From positions 1 to 52,880 of the forward strand of contig NW_021834171.1 of the NCBI RefSeq assembly GCF_006345805.1: a stretch of 52,880 bases of DNA. The letters are read 5' to 3'. A program made the position numbers and the translations under genes. Within the stretch, counting starts at the first letter, position 1. Each line of letters starts with the position of its first letter. Of the stretch, positions 37,766 to 49,176 are shown piece by piece. This DNA comes from Octopus sinensis (Eukaryota). The notes beneath the pieces were generated by a model that saw only the letters and a program-made list of their open reading frames with translations, was not told the origin of the DNA and searched no databases.

Positions 37766-37808
<43 letters not shown>

Positions 37809-37845
37809 TAATATAATAATAACAATAATAGCAACAATAATAATA

Positions 37846-37877
<32 letters not shown>

Positions 37878-38430
37878 TAGTATACTGCCCTGATGCAGTA
37901 CAAGGCCAGTGGCTCTCATGGCTTCTGATCTTAACTGATTGGAAGTGTTATCATGTACATTGTTTGTCTTGGTATAAAGATGGGCTACAGCAAATATTCT
38001 CTGCTCAATACCACAGATTTGCTTGTCAGTTGTTTGACCTTAACCAGTGTGAGCATGTCCCTTAGTGGCTGACGATATGTGCATCTCTTTCATGAGCAGA
38101 AGTAGTGGGGGAGCACCATAGCCATGTGTTCAGAGGAATTCTTTGGGGTTTCAATAATTCCCCTCCGGAAACTTGGGTATTTTGTTCATCTTTAAACAAA
38201 CTTAATTCAGGGTACTTTTGAGCGGGATGGGCTACTGAAAATGAAGAAAATTCTAACTGGGACCCATCTGTAGAGTTATGCACTGTTTATATTGATATAA
38301 GATCGCCATGTGGCGCACATATGGATATGGGCCTGGTGCACCCTTATCAAACGGGTAGTCATGATGGGTATACTGGGCTTCGTATATTTTCCCCAGTGAC
38401 ACTTTGATGACATACACTGTTCTCTCACTC
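37878..38430 (+). mobile_element. About 550-bp non-coding repeat flanked by (AAT)n (LINE 3' UTR or SINE-like)
   Basis: Complex sequence bounded on both sides by AAT runs; recalled as a common dispersed octopus repeat, not verified. Confidence 0.45.
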
Positions 38431-38438
38431 AATAATAC

Positions 38439-38501
<63 letters not shown>

Positions 38502-38519
38502 TTGCGACAAGGGCTACAA

Positions 38520-39300
38520 GGGCAGCCAATATGGTGGAGGGGTTAAGTCAATTACACCGACCCAAGTGTTTCAATGGTACCTAATTTATCGATTCCGAAA
38601 GGATGAAAGGCAAAGTAGACAGCGGCGGAATTTGAACTCAGAACGTAGCGACGGGCGAAATACCACTAAGCATTTCGTGACAGACTTACGGTCGAAATAT
38701 CGTTCAGCCAATAAAATATCTAATAATAATCCTTTTTACCATAGTCACAAGGCCTGAAATTTGGAGGAAGGGGTCTAGTCAATTACATCGGCCCATTGTT
38801 TCACTGGTGCTTAATTTATCGACCCCGAAAGGATGAAAGTTGACCTCGACGGAATTTGAACACAGAACGTAAAGACAGACGAAATACCTATTTCTTTACT
38901 ACCCACAAGGGGCTAAACACAGAGAGGACAAACAAGGATAGACAAACGGACTAAGTCGATTATATCGACCCCAGTGCGTAACTGGTACTTATTTAATCGA
39001 CCCCGAAAGGATGAAAGGCAAAGTCGACTTCGGCGGAGTTTGAACTTAGAACGTAGCGGCAGACGAAATGCTTATTTCTTTACTACCCACAAGGGGCCAA
39101 ACTAAGAGAGGACAAACAAGGACAGACAAACGGATTAAGTCGATTATATTGACCTCAGTGCGTAACTGGTACTTATTTAATCGATCCCGAAAGGATGAAA
39201 GGCGTAGTCGACCTCGGCGGAATTTGAACCCAGAACGTAACGGCAAACGAAATACGGCTACGCATTTCGCCCGGCGTGCTAACGTTTCTGCCAGCTCGCA
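38520..39300 (-). mobile_element. SINE family 2 array with reiterated internal segments
   Basis: CCCGAAAGGATGAAAG...GGCGGAATTTGAAC block repeated four times; head at about 39299. Confidence 0.8.
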
Positions 39301-41292
39301 AGTTAGAGCTCGTATTGTACTTGGGATCACCCATGCACATGAACATTTCACTGTTCCAAACTCATTTGGGGAATAAACCGTATAGAACATAATCACTAAC
39401 ATTCGTCTAATGGAATGATTTAGTCACAGATGCCATTTAACAAGTGAATGGTTCGTCTTGATTGTAAGGCCGGACTTATATAAAACGGCGAGATTTCGGA
39501 GAGATCTATGAAAATTAACATCCACTCCATGTGGTACATTCCAATAATTTTTGCAGATGAGGGTTTCAGGACTAATGAATGTACATCAATCGAGCATTTG
39601 CGCTATCAGTCCTATCATAAGCATTTGAAACAATGTTAAGGAATAATAGCCAACTTCCACTGTTTCACATTCTATCGTTTTAGCTACGGAAAGAACACAT
39701 CACCCAATGGAATATAAGTAAATCGAAGGGATGATCACGACTGAAACGCCTCTAATCATCGTCATGCAATCAATGACCAACAAACATCATTTAGAACCGA
39801 CTCTTTAATCTTTTCTAGGAAACCATAAAAATTTGTTGGGTTTGCATTTTAGTAACTAGAGAGATGAGGTTGTGTCTTTGAGCAGATATCGCCATCCCAA
39901 TAATCGATAAAAACAATGGCGTTTGTTTTAGAAAAGCGTCAAGTAGATAAGAATATTCTCTGGGTGTTGCCAGGACATATGAAAAAATAAAGTTTTGGTA
40001 ATATAATTGTTTTTGAGGGCGCATGACCTGGCGCATTTCGCCCGGCGTGCTAACGTTTCTGCCAGCTCGAAGGTAAGGGCAGAACACGATCCGACCGAAA
40101 CAGTCCTTTCTGCAAAATGAATTAAATAAAATTCCTTTTGCAGAGGGGTAAAAAAAGAAAAAAGTGACAAGAACAGGACGTAAAAGCAATACAAATAAAA
40201 ATACAGTACACATAAAGCATAAAAACAGGACAAGGAAACCAACAATGAGGTTTTCTATCTCACACACAACACACACCCTGATTCTGGTCTCATTTCGTTT
40301 TTTCTCAGTTTTTGTTTTCTCGGCCCAATTCGAACGCAGAAAGGAAAGACGAACGAAATGTCGCTAATAACGGTATCTCGGTTTCAATTCCTGGAACGGG
40401 AGGTATGTTGTGTTATGCAAACCACTTAATATCATGTTGCTCTGCAACCACTTCGACAACAGATGTGAAGTGTTGGAAAACGGATTTATGTTCCGGATAG
40501 TAAACGAGTGTAGCCAGTCACAAGAATCAACAGAAAAAAAACTGACAGTATCGTTTTAAAAAAATGCATTTAGAGAGTTAAAACAACTGGGTAGTTCAGT
40601 CAGTATACTTATCCGATACAAGCTGCGAAGGAAGACAGTAGAATTATCTGAATAACAGAATATTCACATAAGTGGCGAAACTTTATTTAATTTTGGTAAA
40701 AAGTGAAAATCAAAGTCATATTTGGGGCCGGCATTATAGAGGTAAATCGATTTTTGTTAATATTTCTTTTAAGATTTAGCATTTCTATGCACCCATAAAT
40801 ATACATGAATTATTAATCTCTCTCTCTCCCTATCTCTTTCTCTCTATCTGTCCATCGAATCTTTCTATACATAAATACATGTATACATATATAGAAAGAT
40901 GTGCATGTGAAAACACACACACACACCCAAACACACATATATACAGTGTGCAGCTGAAGTAACACCCTTTTATGTTGAATCATATTGTTCTGATGGATCA
41001 ATACTTAATTTCCCAAAAGTTTTGCGATTTCTTCATAAGTTAATTATTTGTTTCTTTAACTAATGCAGTAAATTTACGTTCAATAAAAAAATTACTTAAT
41101 AAACACTTGTATACTGTAAAAGTTATTAAATGCAAAAAGGACTGCTGCACCCTGCTGCACCCTGCTGCACCCTGTATATATATATAATATATATATATAT
41201 ATATTATATATATATATATATATATAATATATTATATATGTATATATATATATATAATTATATATATATATATATCATATATATTATATAAA

Positions 41293-41503
41293 GGCGGCAA
41301 GCTGGCAGAAACGTTAGTACGCCGTGCGTAGTCGTATTTCGTCTGCCGTTACGTTCGAGGTCGACTTTGCCTTTCATCCTTTCGGGGTCGATTAAATAAG
41401 TACTAGTTACGCACAGGGGTCGATATAATCGACTTAATCCGTTTGTCTGTCTTTGTATGTCCCCCCCCACCCTGTGTTTAGCCACTTGTGGGTAGTAAAG
41501 AAA
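41293..41503 (+). mobile_element. SINE family 2, internally deleted
   Basis: GGCGGCAAGCTGGCAGAAACGTTAG...CTTTCATCCTTTCGGGGTCGATTAAATAAG. Confidence 0.8.
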
Positions 41504-42324
41504 CATATATATATATATATATTCGCACACACACACACACACCCTGATTCTGGTCTCATTTCGCTTTTTATCAGTTTTTGTTTTTGTTTATTCTTTGTTA
41601 TTTTCGTTATTCTTTCATTGTTTCCTATTTCTCGACGGGATTCGAACGCAGAAAGGAAAGACGAACAAAACGTCGCTAAGCAATTTGCTTGCACCGCTAT
41701 CGATTCTGCTAGTTCACCGTCTTATCATGCATTTAAACTAAATAAACCGCATTTTCCAATTCCTTCTTCAGAAAACAATCGCCTCTTCAAATCTAAAAGC
41801 TTCCATATATTGTGTTTTTTTGCTAATTTGTTCTTTATGATTACTGCTTGATAGATATCTTCTGTATCGATATTTTCTGTATCGATACTTTCGCGTCAAA
41901 TAGTCACTGGATTTGTTCACACAGACGTACAAAACGATCTAGGAATATATTTATGCATTGCTAATGAAATTTCTCTTATTGGTTATACAACCATCTTATT
42001 AATAATATCGATGATACATAGTGCCATACTTTCGAAGTGTACAGTTCTTATATCCAGCTCTTGTTCCAGGGGGAAAAAGTCCCTTATTAAGAAACTGGAT
42101 TTGAAATGTTCTGAACTTTTACGAGCATTAATCTGGTGTTCATTGAACGAGGATTCCCTCGCCATTTCGATATGCATACGTTCATATATAGTGATATCGT
42201 CACACACACCACAAACACACACACACACACACACGCACGCACGTGCATACACACATATAAATAATGCAAAATTATGCATATATGCATAAATATACACATA
42301 TATATTCATATATGGATATGTATG

Positions 42325-42362
<38 letters not shown>

Positions 42363-42363
<1 letters not shown>

Positions 42364-42772
42364 GCGCAGGGGTGGCTGTGTGGTAAGTAGCTTGCTAACC
42401 AACTACATGGTTCCGGGTTCAGTCCCACTGAGTGGCATCTTGGGCAAGTGTCTTCTACTATAGCCCCGGGCCGACCAATGCCTTGTGAGTGGATTTGGTA
42501 GACGGAAACTGAAAGAAGCCTGGCGTATATATGTAAATATATATATATGTGTGTGTGTGTGAGTTTGTGTGTCTGTGTTTGCCCATCTAGCATTGCTTGA
42601 CAACCGATGCTGGTGTGTTGACGTCCCCGTCACTAAGCAGTTCGGCAAAAGAGACCGATAAAATAAGTACTGGGCTTACAAAGAATAAGTCCCGGGATCG
42701 AGTTGCTCGACTAAAGGCGGTGCTCCAGCATGGCCGCAGTCAAATGACTGAAACAAGTAAAAGAGTAAAAGA
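42363..42772 (+). mobile_element. SINE family 1, full length
   Basis: Colinear with 33827-34222. Confidence 0.88.
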
Positions 42773-42785
42773 CTATGTGTGTGTA

Positions 42786-42822
<37 letters not shown>

Positions 42823-43024
42823 GCATAGACATGTACACACACACACACACATACACACAAACACACACATATATATACATACATACATACATACACTCCG
42901 AGCTGTCCAATATATGCATATGCGTAAAACACACACAATCATACATTCCTATTATAAGAGCATATTACGTGCATCCTCTCTAACGATGCAGAATATTTAT
43001 GGCTTCAATACACACACACACTGT

Positions 43025-43558
43025 TAGAAAGATAAATCGATATCTTCCACCAGTGAGGCGATTCGAGAGTGCTCTACCATTTAAGCCAAGGGTCATATAG
43101 ATTACGTCATATTGATTGATCATTCAACGGTTCATCGACACCAGCGCTATCAGAAAATGGTTTCAAGACGAAAAGTGTTCCTCCATCCGGATAATCATCG
43201 GCCATATACAGCGAGAGTGACATTCCAAAGGCTGGAGCAGTTTCAATGAGAAACGATGCCCCACCCACCATAATCGCCAGGCATTGCCCCATCTGATTAT
43301 CACTTATTCCGAAGTCTTCAAAATCATTTGGACGGTTAAAATATAAATTCTGTAGATGAGGTCAGAACAGTACAGGAGGAGTATTTTTTGTCACGGTCAA
43401 GTGAATTTTGGAAGTGGGACCTTGTAAGTCTACCAGAGAGACAGAAGAACAATGTAGAAGGAGAGTATATTTTAGATTTTTAAAAAATGAATTTGTTTTT
43501 TCGTAATTTTGCAAAAATAAGTATGGAAAAACCGCATTATCTGCGATATGACCCAATA
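43025..43558 (+). mobile_element. Mariner (DD34D) transposon 3' half with right terminus
   Basis: VFLHPDNHRPYTARVT...HPP*SPGIAPSDYHLFRSLQNHLDG...GEYILD; ends ...ATGACCCAATA next to (TA)n. Confidence 0.88.
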
Positions 43559-43559
43559 T

Positions 43560-43590
<31 letters not shown>

Positions 43591-43804
43591 TATATATTTC
43601 GATAGGTGAATGAATTATCCTATGTTTACCGTCAACATGGAAAATTCAATGAACCGATACCAGGGTAGCATATTCACGTTAGAAACACGGTTGAAGCGAC
43701 CTATCCAAAGGTAGAAACTCTGGGTTCATGTGCAGAAATTTGTGTGTTATATATGAATAAATAAATAAATGGAGTTGAACGAAGATGTTAATAAAATTCC
43801 TTTA

Positions 43805-43886
43805 CTTTCGACATATGTTTCGAAGACAACATGGTTTTATTCCATAGGAATAAACGGTGTAAGATGCAATCTTCTCATCAGGAAAG
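43805..43886 (-). ncRNA. Type-I hammerhead ribozyme (family gamma) with extended helix II loop
   Basis: CTTTC-CTGATGA-GAAGA(...)TCTTC-GAAAC-ATAT-GTC-GAAAG; palindromic helix III ACATATGT. Confidence 0.88.
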
Positions 43887-44699
43887 AAAGAGAGACTCTC
43901 TCAACAAGACATTATAACATTTACGATGACTGCCTACATGATAAACAGAACGTTATTAAGTATTTTAAAAAACCGTTAGTAGAATTGACGTCAAAGGTAG
44001 ATAGTAGGAAGAGAAGGGTTAAAGGAATAATAAGTAGGGAACAAATAGAGATGGAAGGGTACAATGATTAAAAGAATGTTCAAAGGCCTAGGAAAGAATT
44101 TCTCTATTGAAGTGGAGTGCACGTTAAACTAAATGTTCAAACTATAGTGACTATCGAAATCATTTATATGAGTAAAAATTATGTTTCTGCCAGTGTTTAC
44201 ATTTGTACTAACCACCATCACAAATGAAACCCACACCCATACAATGACAAAACTCCCCCATACCCTATTTACACGTACATAGTAATCCCAATATATTCTT
44301 CCATACATGGACGCAAGTGCGTGAAGCACATGAACATAATTAGTACGTACAACCCCTAATACACACTAATATATACGTATCAAGCTCGACCTCCACAGTG
44401 ATAAGTTTACACACAATCACACCCAGATGGGTGAATTGCACAACCAGTGAATGCTCACACATACGGGCGTGATTACAATTGTTGCATATATCGAGCCAAA
44501 ATAGTATGCATATGTACATGTGAGGGGTACAAGTAAATGAAGTGAGCGTGTACCCCCTGTATTTATACCCATGCGTGAATATACACATGGAGACTACCAC
44601 ACACAGGTACAAATGTGTTTAGAAATGGGAGCCCCATCACTACACTTAAGTATACTCTCACCCATCCGCACGGATGTGTAAGTGTATCTCCGGTGTATA

Positions 44700-46630
44700 C
44701 GTTGAGGCTTATATGTAGAGTTGTTGAAGGGAACGTCGTTGAATTGTGTGAATGAATGGGTAGAGTTGGGAATTGTAACCGGGTGGTGGGACTAGTGTTG
44801 CTGGAATTGTGAATGGATTAGGGTGGTAATGAGGTAGGCATTGAGTATGGGTTACTGTAAGTTGTTTGTAGAGTTGCTAGGGTGAGCTAAAGCTCATAAA
44901 TGTATATAATTGATTTTTCATGATAGTTTTTAAAGAATCCATTCATAATAAATTTTTTTTTAAGTAGCGTTGGTTTGCTACGTGGAAATAGTTTTTAGTT
45001 CCATTTATTATATTTCTTCCTATTCTTTCTCCATTCATACTATGAATGACGTTTACTTTCTATGGCGCGTATTCTTTTTTTACATTAGTTATTTCCATGG
45101 TAACGTAATTTTGTTTTGGTTTTTTAAACGGCTAAGAATCTAATTTCACTTCATAATTTGTAACTGAATTGTAAGTATGTATTTGATTTATCCTTATGTC
45201 ATAATGTTATTTTTGATGATATTCTGGTTAATTACGATGTATTTATTGTTGTTTTCATAAGAGTGTTTATGTATATAGATTGGTTGTGAGTTTTTAATTG
45301 TATAATTAATTTATTTATCTGTATGAGTGTGGGTGTAAATATTGTTGTATATATCGAGTTTTAGTGAGTATGTATATGCGTATATGTGAGGGAGCATATG
45401 TATCTGTTGTGTGTGTGTGTTTTTGCGTGTGTGTGTGTTTTTTGTGTGAATGTGTATTTGGGTTTGTTATTTTGGGATTTGGGATGTATGTGTTAATTTG
45501 TCTGTGTGGGGAGGGAGTGGTTTTTGTGTATATTGAGGTTTATAAGTTAGTATAGGTTTGTGTATAAGTCTTGGTCTGTGGCTTACGTGTGGGTTTTTTG
45601 TGTGTGAATGTTTATGTTAGGGGGATTGCTATATAAGTTTGTTAGGGTTTAGCAAAGGGAAATTTTATCGTTATATGCTTTTATGAGTTTTGGTTTATCA
45701 TGGTTTTTTAGGTAATTAGTGGTATTTTGGTCTATTTTAGGTGTTTGGTTATTTTTTTACATTGTTTTCATAATTTTTGAGTGGTGTTCGTTTTGCCACG
45801 TGAATAACCGGGTGGTGGACTAGCGTTGCTTGGAATGTGAATGGAATAGTGTAGTAGTGAGGTAGGCATAGGGAATGGGATTGGGTTACTGTAAGTTGTT
45901 TGTTAGAGATGCTAAGGTGAGTTAAAGCTCATAAATGTATATAATGTTTTTTGTGGTGTGTAAGTATTGTTGTATATGTCGAGTTTAGTGAGTATGTATA
46001 GGCGTATATGTGAGGGAGTATATGTATCTTTTGTGTGTGAGTGTTTTGCGTGTGAGTGTGTGTTTTGTGTGTGAATGTGTATATGGGTTTGTTATTTAGG
46101 TTTTGGGATGTATGTGTTAATTTGTCTGTGTGGGGAGGGAGTGGGTTTTGGTGTATATTGAGGTTTATAAGTTAGTATAGGTATGTGTATAAGTCGTGAG
46201 TCTGTGGTTTACGTGTGTGTATTTGTGTGTGAATGTTTAGGTTAGGGGGTTTACTTTATAGGTTTGTTATAGAGTTTAGCAAAGGGAGATTTTATCGTTA
46301 TATGTTTTTAAGAGTTTTGTTTTATCATGGTTTTTTTTTTTTTTTTTTAGGGAATTCGTGGTAATTAGTCTATATTTTCGATATGGATTATATATAGGTT
46401 ATATATGGATTATATACTTATATTTTTTCATTTATACTTTAATTATTTATAAGTATTATTTTTATATTTTAAAATTTTGATTTTTTAGATTGGAAGTCCA
46501 CCTGAAGATTGTCGATCAGACAAGAAACGATTGTAGTGGCGGTTTTTTTTGACTATTTATTAAATTTTATGTATTGATTAAGTCTTTCCTTTTTTTCTTT
46601 TGCAAAATAGTGGTTTTGTCTCAATAATAT
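44700..46630 (+). mobile_element. G/T-rich non-coding arm ending in a hammerhead-bearing terminal repeat (Penelope-like UTR/pLTR)
   Basis: Strong G+T skew; internal direct repeats (45330-45730 vs 45960-46370; 44775-44915 vs 45805-45950); hammerhead at 46498. Confidence 0.55.
46498..46539 (+). ncRNA. Type-I minimal hammerhead ribozyme (family alpha)
   Basis: CCAC-CTGAAGA-TTGTC(GATCA)GACAA-GAAAC-GATT-GTA-GTGG. Confidence 0.88.
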
Positions 46631-46651
46631 TTTATATATATATATATTATA

Positions 46652-46697
<46 letters not shown>

Positions 46698-46778
46698 AGG
46701 TCCCCGGGTTGATCGGGTTAACCACAGTAAATAAGGTACTCATACATAGCAGAGTAAAATTAAGTTATTATTAGAAGG

Positions 46779-46826
46779 GCTTCTACAGGACTAGAACTGT
46801 TTCATTCAAGAGAAATCTTCAGAAGC
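46779..46826 (-). ncRNA. Hammerhead-like motif (family beta); disrupted inverted copy at 46825-46910 (+)
   Basis: GCTT-CTGAAGA-TTTCTCTTGAAT-GAAAC-AG(TTCTAGTC)CT-GTA-GAAGC; weak helix II and one helix I base lost at the junction. Confidence 0.55.
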
Positions 46827-46922
46827 TTCCTGAAGATTTCTCTTGAGACTCCTTCAAGAAAAAAAATAATTCCTAAATATAAAATGAACCAGTTCTAGTC
46901 CTGTAGAAGCTCCTTCTATATA

Positions 46923-46958
<36 letters not shown>

Positions 46959-46972
46959 ACATACATACATAC

Positions 46973-47004
<32 letters not shown>

Positions 47005-47240
47005 GTGTATATATATATATGTATATATATATTCTATATTATATAGATATACATACATATATATATAATATTAGGGAATATATCCAAATTTCAGGGAAAA
47101 AAATCAGATTTAGGATTAAATACTCCAATTTTAATATAGTAATATTATAAATATTATTTGAGACAAAACCACTATTTTGCAAAACAAACAAGGAAAGACT
47201 TAATCAATACATAAAATTTAATAAATAGTCAAAAAAACCG

Positions 47241-47283
47241 CCACTACAATCGTTTCTTGTCTTGATCGACAATCTTCAGGTGG
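47241..47283 (-). ncRNA. Type-I minimal hammerhead ribozyme (family alpha) within inverted terminal repeat 47150-47420
   Basis: CCAC-CTGAAGA-TTGTC(GATCAA)GACAA-GAAAC-GATT-GTA-GTGG on the minus strand. Confidence 0.88.
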
Positions 47284-47419
47284 ACTTCCAATCTAAAAAA
47301 TCAAAATTTTAAAATATAAAAATATACTTTTAAATAATTAAAGTATAAATGAAAAAATATAAGTATATAATCCTATATACCTATATAATCCATATCGAAA
47401 ATATAGACTAATTACCATG

Positions 47420-48008
47420 TTCAAAAACAAAGCAAATCTGAGAGAATGCAGTACCAATTTTTAAACCAAAAAGAAGTGTGCCGTATGCAGTGTTTAGAAC
47501 AAATAAACTTAGAGAGACTAAGAAAAATTGGAGTTATCCAAAAAGTTAATACTCTGAATGGGCATCATCAGCTGTGTACATTAAGAAAAGAATAATAAAA
47601 TCAGAGTGCGCTAATTTTTCCACTGGGTTAAACATATGACTTAAATCATTCACTATCTGCTCCTGCTGCTACTTTGAAGGACATATTTGCGAAATTAAAC
47701 TGTTGGAAGATATTTTTCTAAATTGGATCTCTCTGATGCATATCTACAAACTGAAGTAGATGATGAATGCTCTAAATACCTAACAATTAACACACATAAA
47801 GGACTGTATAAATACAACAGGTTACCATTTGGTATAAAAGTCACAACGGCGATCTTCCAACAGATTATGGATACAATGTTAGCAGACTGTGAATTTGCAA
47901 TTGCATATCTTGATGACATATTGGTTAAGAGTGAATCAAGAAGTCTGCATGTATAACATGTGAAAAAGGTATTTAAAAAACTGAGTGAATACAGGTTCAA
48001 GCTGAGTA
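47420..48008 (+). mobile_element. Gypsy RT fragment (second family), decayed
   Basis: SEWAS, KLDLSDAYLQ, THKGLYKYNRLPFGIK, AIAYLDDILV. Confidence 0.85.
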
Positions 48009-48020
48009 CAGATTGGAAGT

Positions 48021-48063
48021 CCACCTGAAGATTGTCGATCAAGACAAGAAACGATTGTAGTGG
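48021..48063 (+). ncRNA. Type-I minimal hammerhead ribozyme (family alpha) within repeat 48010-48155
   Basis: Same motif as 47241-47283, on the plus strand. Confidence 0.88.
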
Positions 48064-48652
48064 CGGTTTTTTTGACTATTTATTAAATTTTATGTATTGA
48101 TTAAGTCTTTCCTTGTTTGTTTTGCAAAATAGTGGTTTTGTCTCAAATAATATTTTTATATATATATATATATAATATATATTATATATACATATTGTTA
48201 TATTCGGAATGGTAATATAAAGGAAATTGTCGAGTCGATTGTTTTGGGGCAATTACAGCCCCTGTGAGCATATAGGTATACATTAATGTACTTTTTCCTA
48301 GAGCATTAGATCATAATACCTATATTTCTAGCAATATAGGTATTATGACACCCTTAGTCGCATTTAGAGACAATAATATATATATATATATATATAATTA
48401 TATATATATATATATATAATGGTATATATATATACATATATATATATATGTATATATATATACATATATATATATACATATATATATATAATATATATAT
48501 AATAAAAATATAATTTATATAATATTATATAATATATATATATTATATATATGTATTTTATCTATCTATCTATCTAATAATATATATATATATATAATAT
48601 ATATATATAATATACTATAATATATATAATAATATATCATATATATATATTA

Positions 48653-48702
<50 letters not shown>

Positions 48703-48816
48703 ATCTATCTATATATATATATATATATATATAATTTCAACAATTGAGGGTAAATTAATTAATTAATCAATTTCACCAAGTATTCAGTATGCAAAGGGAC
48801 CATTTAAGGCGAATTC

Positions 48817-49114
48817 AAATTATTACATTATATAAAAGGGCTTAGTAAAATAATTACTTTGCCGCATACTGAACTCATTAGAAATAGCAGCTAAAAACTT
48901 TTTAAAAACTATTTCCAATACTTAAAGAAAACCTCTCTCATATAGTGTTTGCTCATTCAACTCATTTGCGTGAGTTGAATTGAGCACACTATATGAGAGG
49001 GTTTTCTTTAAGTATTGGAAATAGTTTTAAAAACGTTATTTTAGCTGCTATTTCTAATGAGTTCAGTATGCGGCAAAGTATTTATTTTACTAAGCCCTTT
49101 TATATAATGTAATA

Positions 49115-49118
<4 letters not shown>
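48817..49118. repeat. About 300-bp near-perfect palindrome (foldback)
   Basis: Arms of about 148 bp around a TTTGCG loop near 48965-48970; few indels. Confidence 0.92.

Positions 49119-49171
<53 letters not shown>

Positions 49172-49176
<5 letters not shown>

Noticed and set aside
39305-39560. Superficial likeness to a Cys-loop receptor (nAChR/chemotactile receptor) extracellular domain
   Set aside because: Motif spacing is incompatible, there is no WxPD motif or Cys-loop, and the frame has in-frame stops.
41900-42190. Open frames on both strands, one with an Ig-like DLGIYLCIA motif
   Set aside because: There is no upstream Cys/Trp, convincing donor or partner exon; chance cannot be excluded.
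43107-43347. Apparent minus-strand terminal exon of a membrane protein (MGQCLAIMVGG...) with a plausible acceptor
   Set aside because: It is the antisense frame of the mariner transposase (DN.RP, SPGIAPSDY) on the plus strand.
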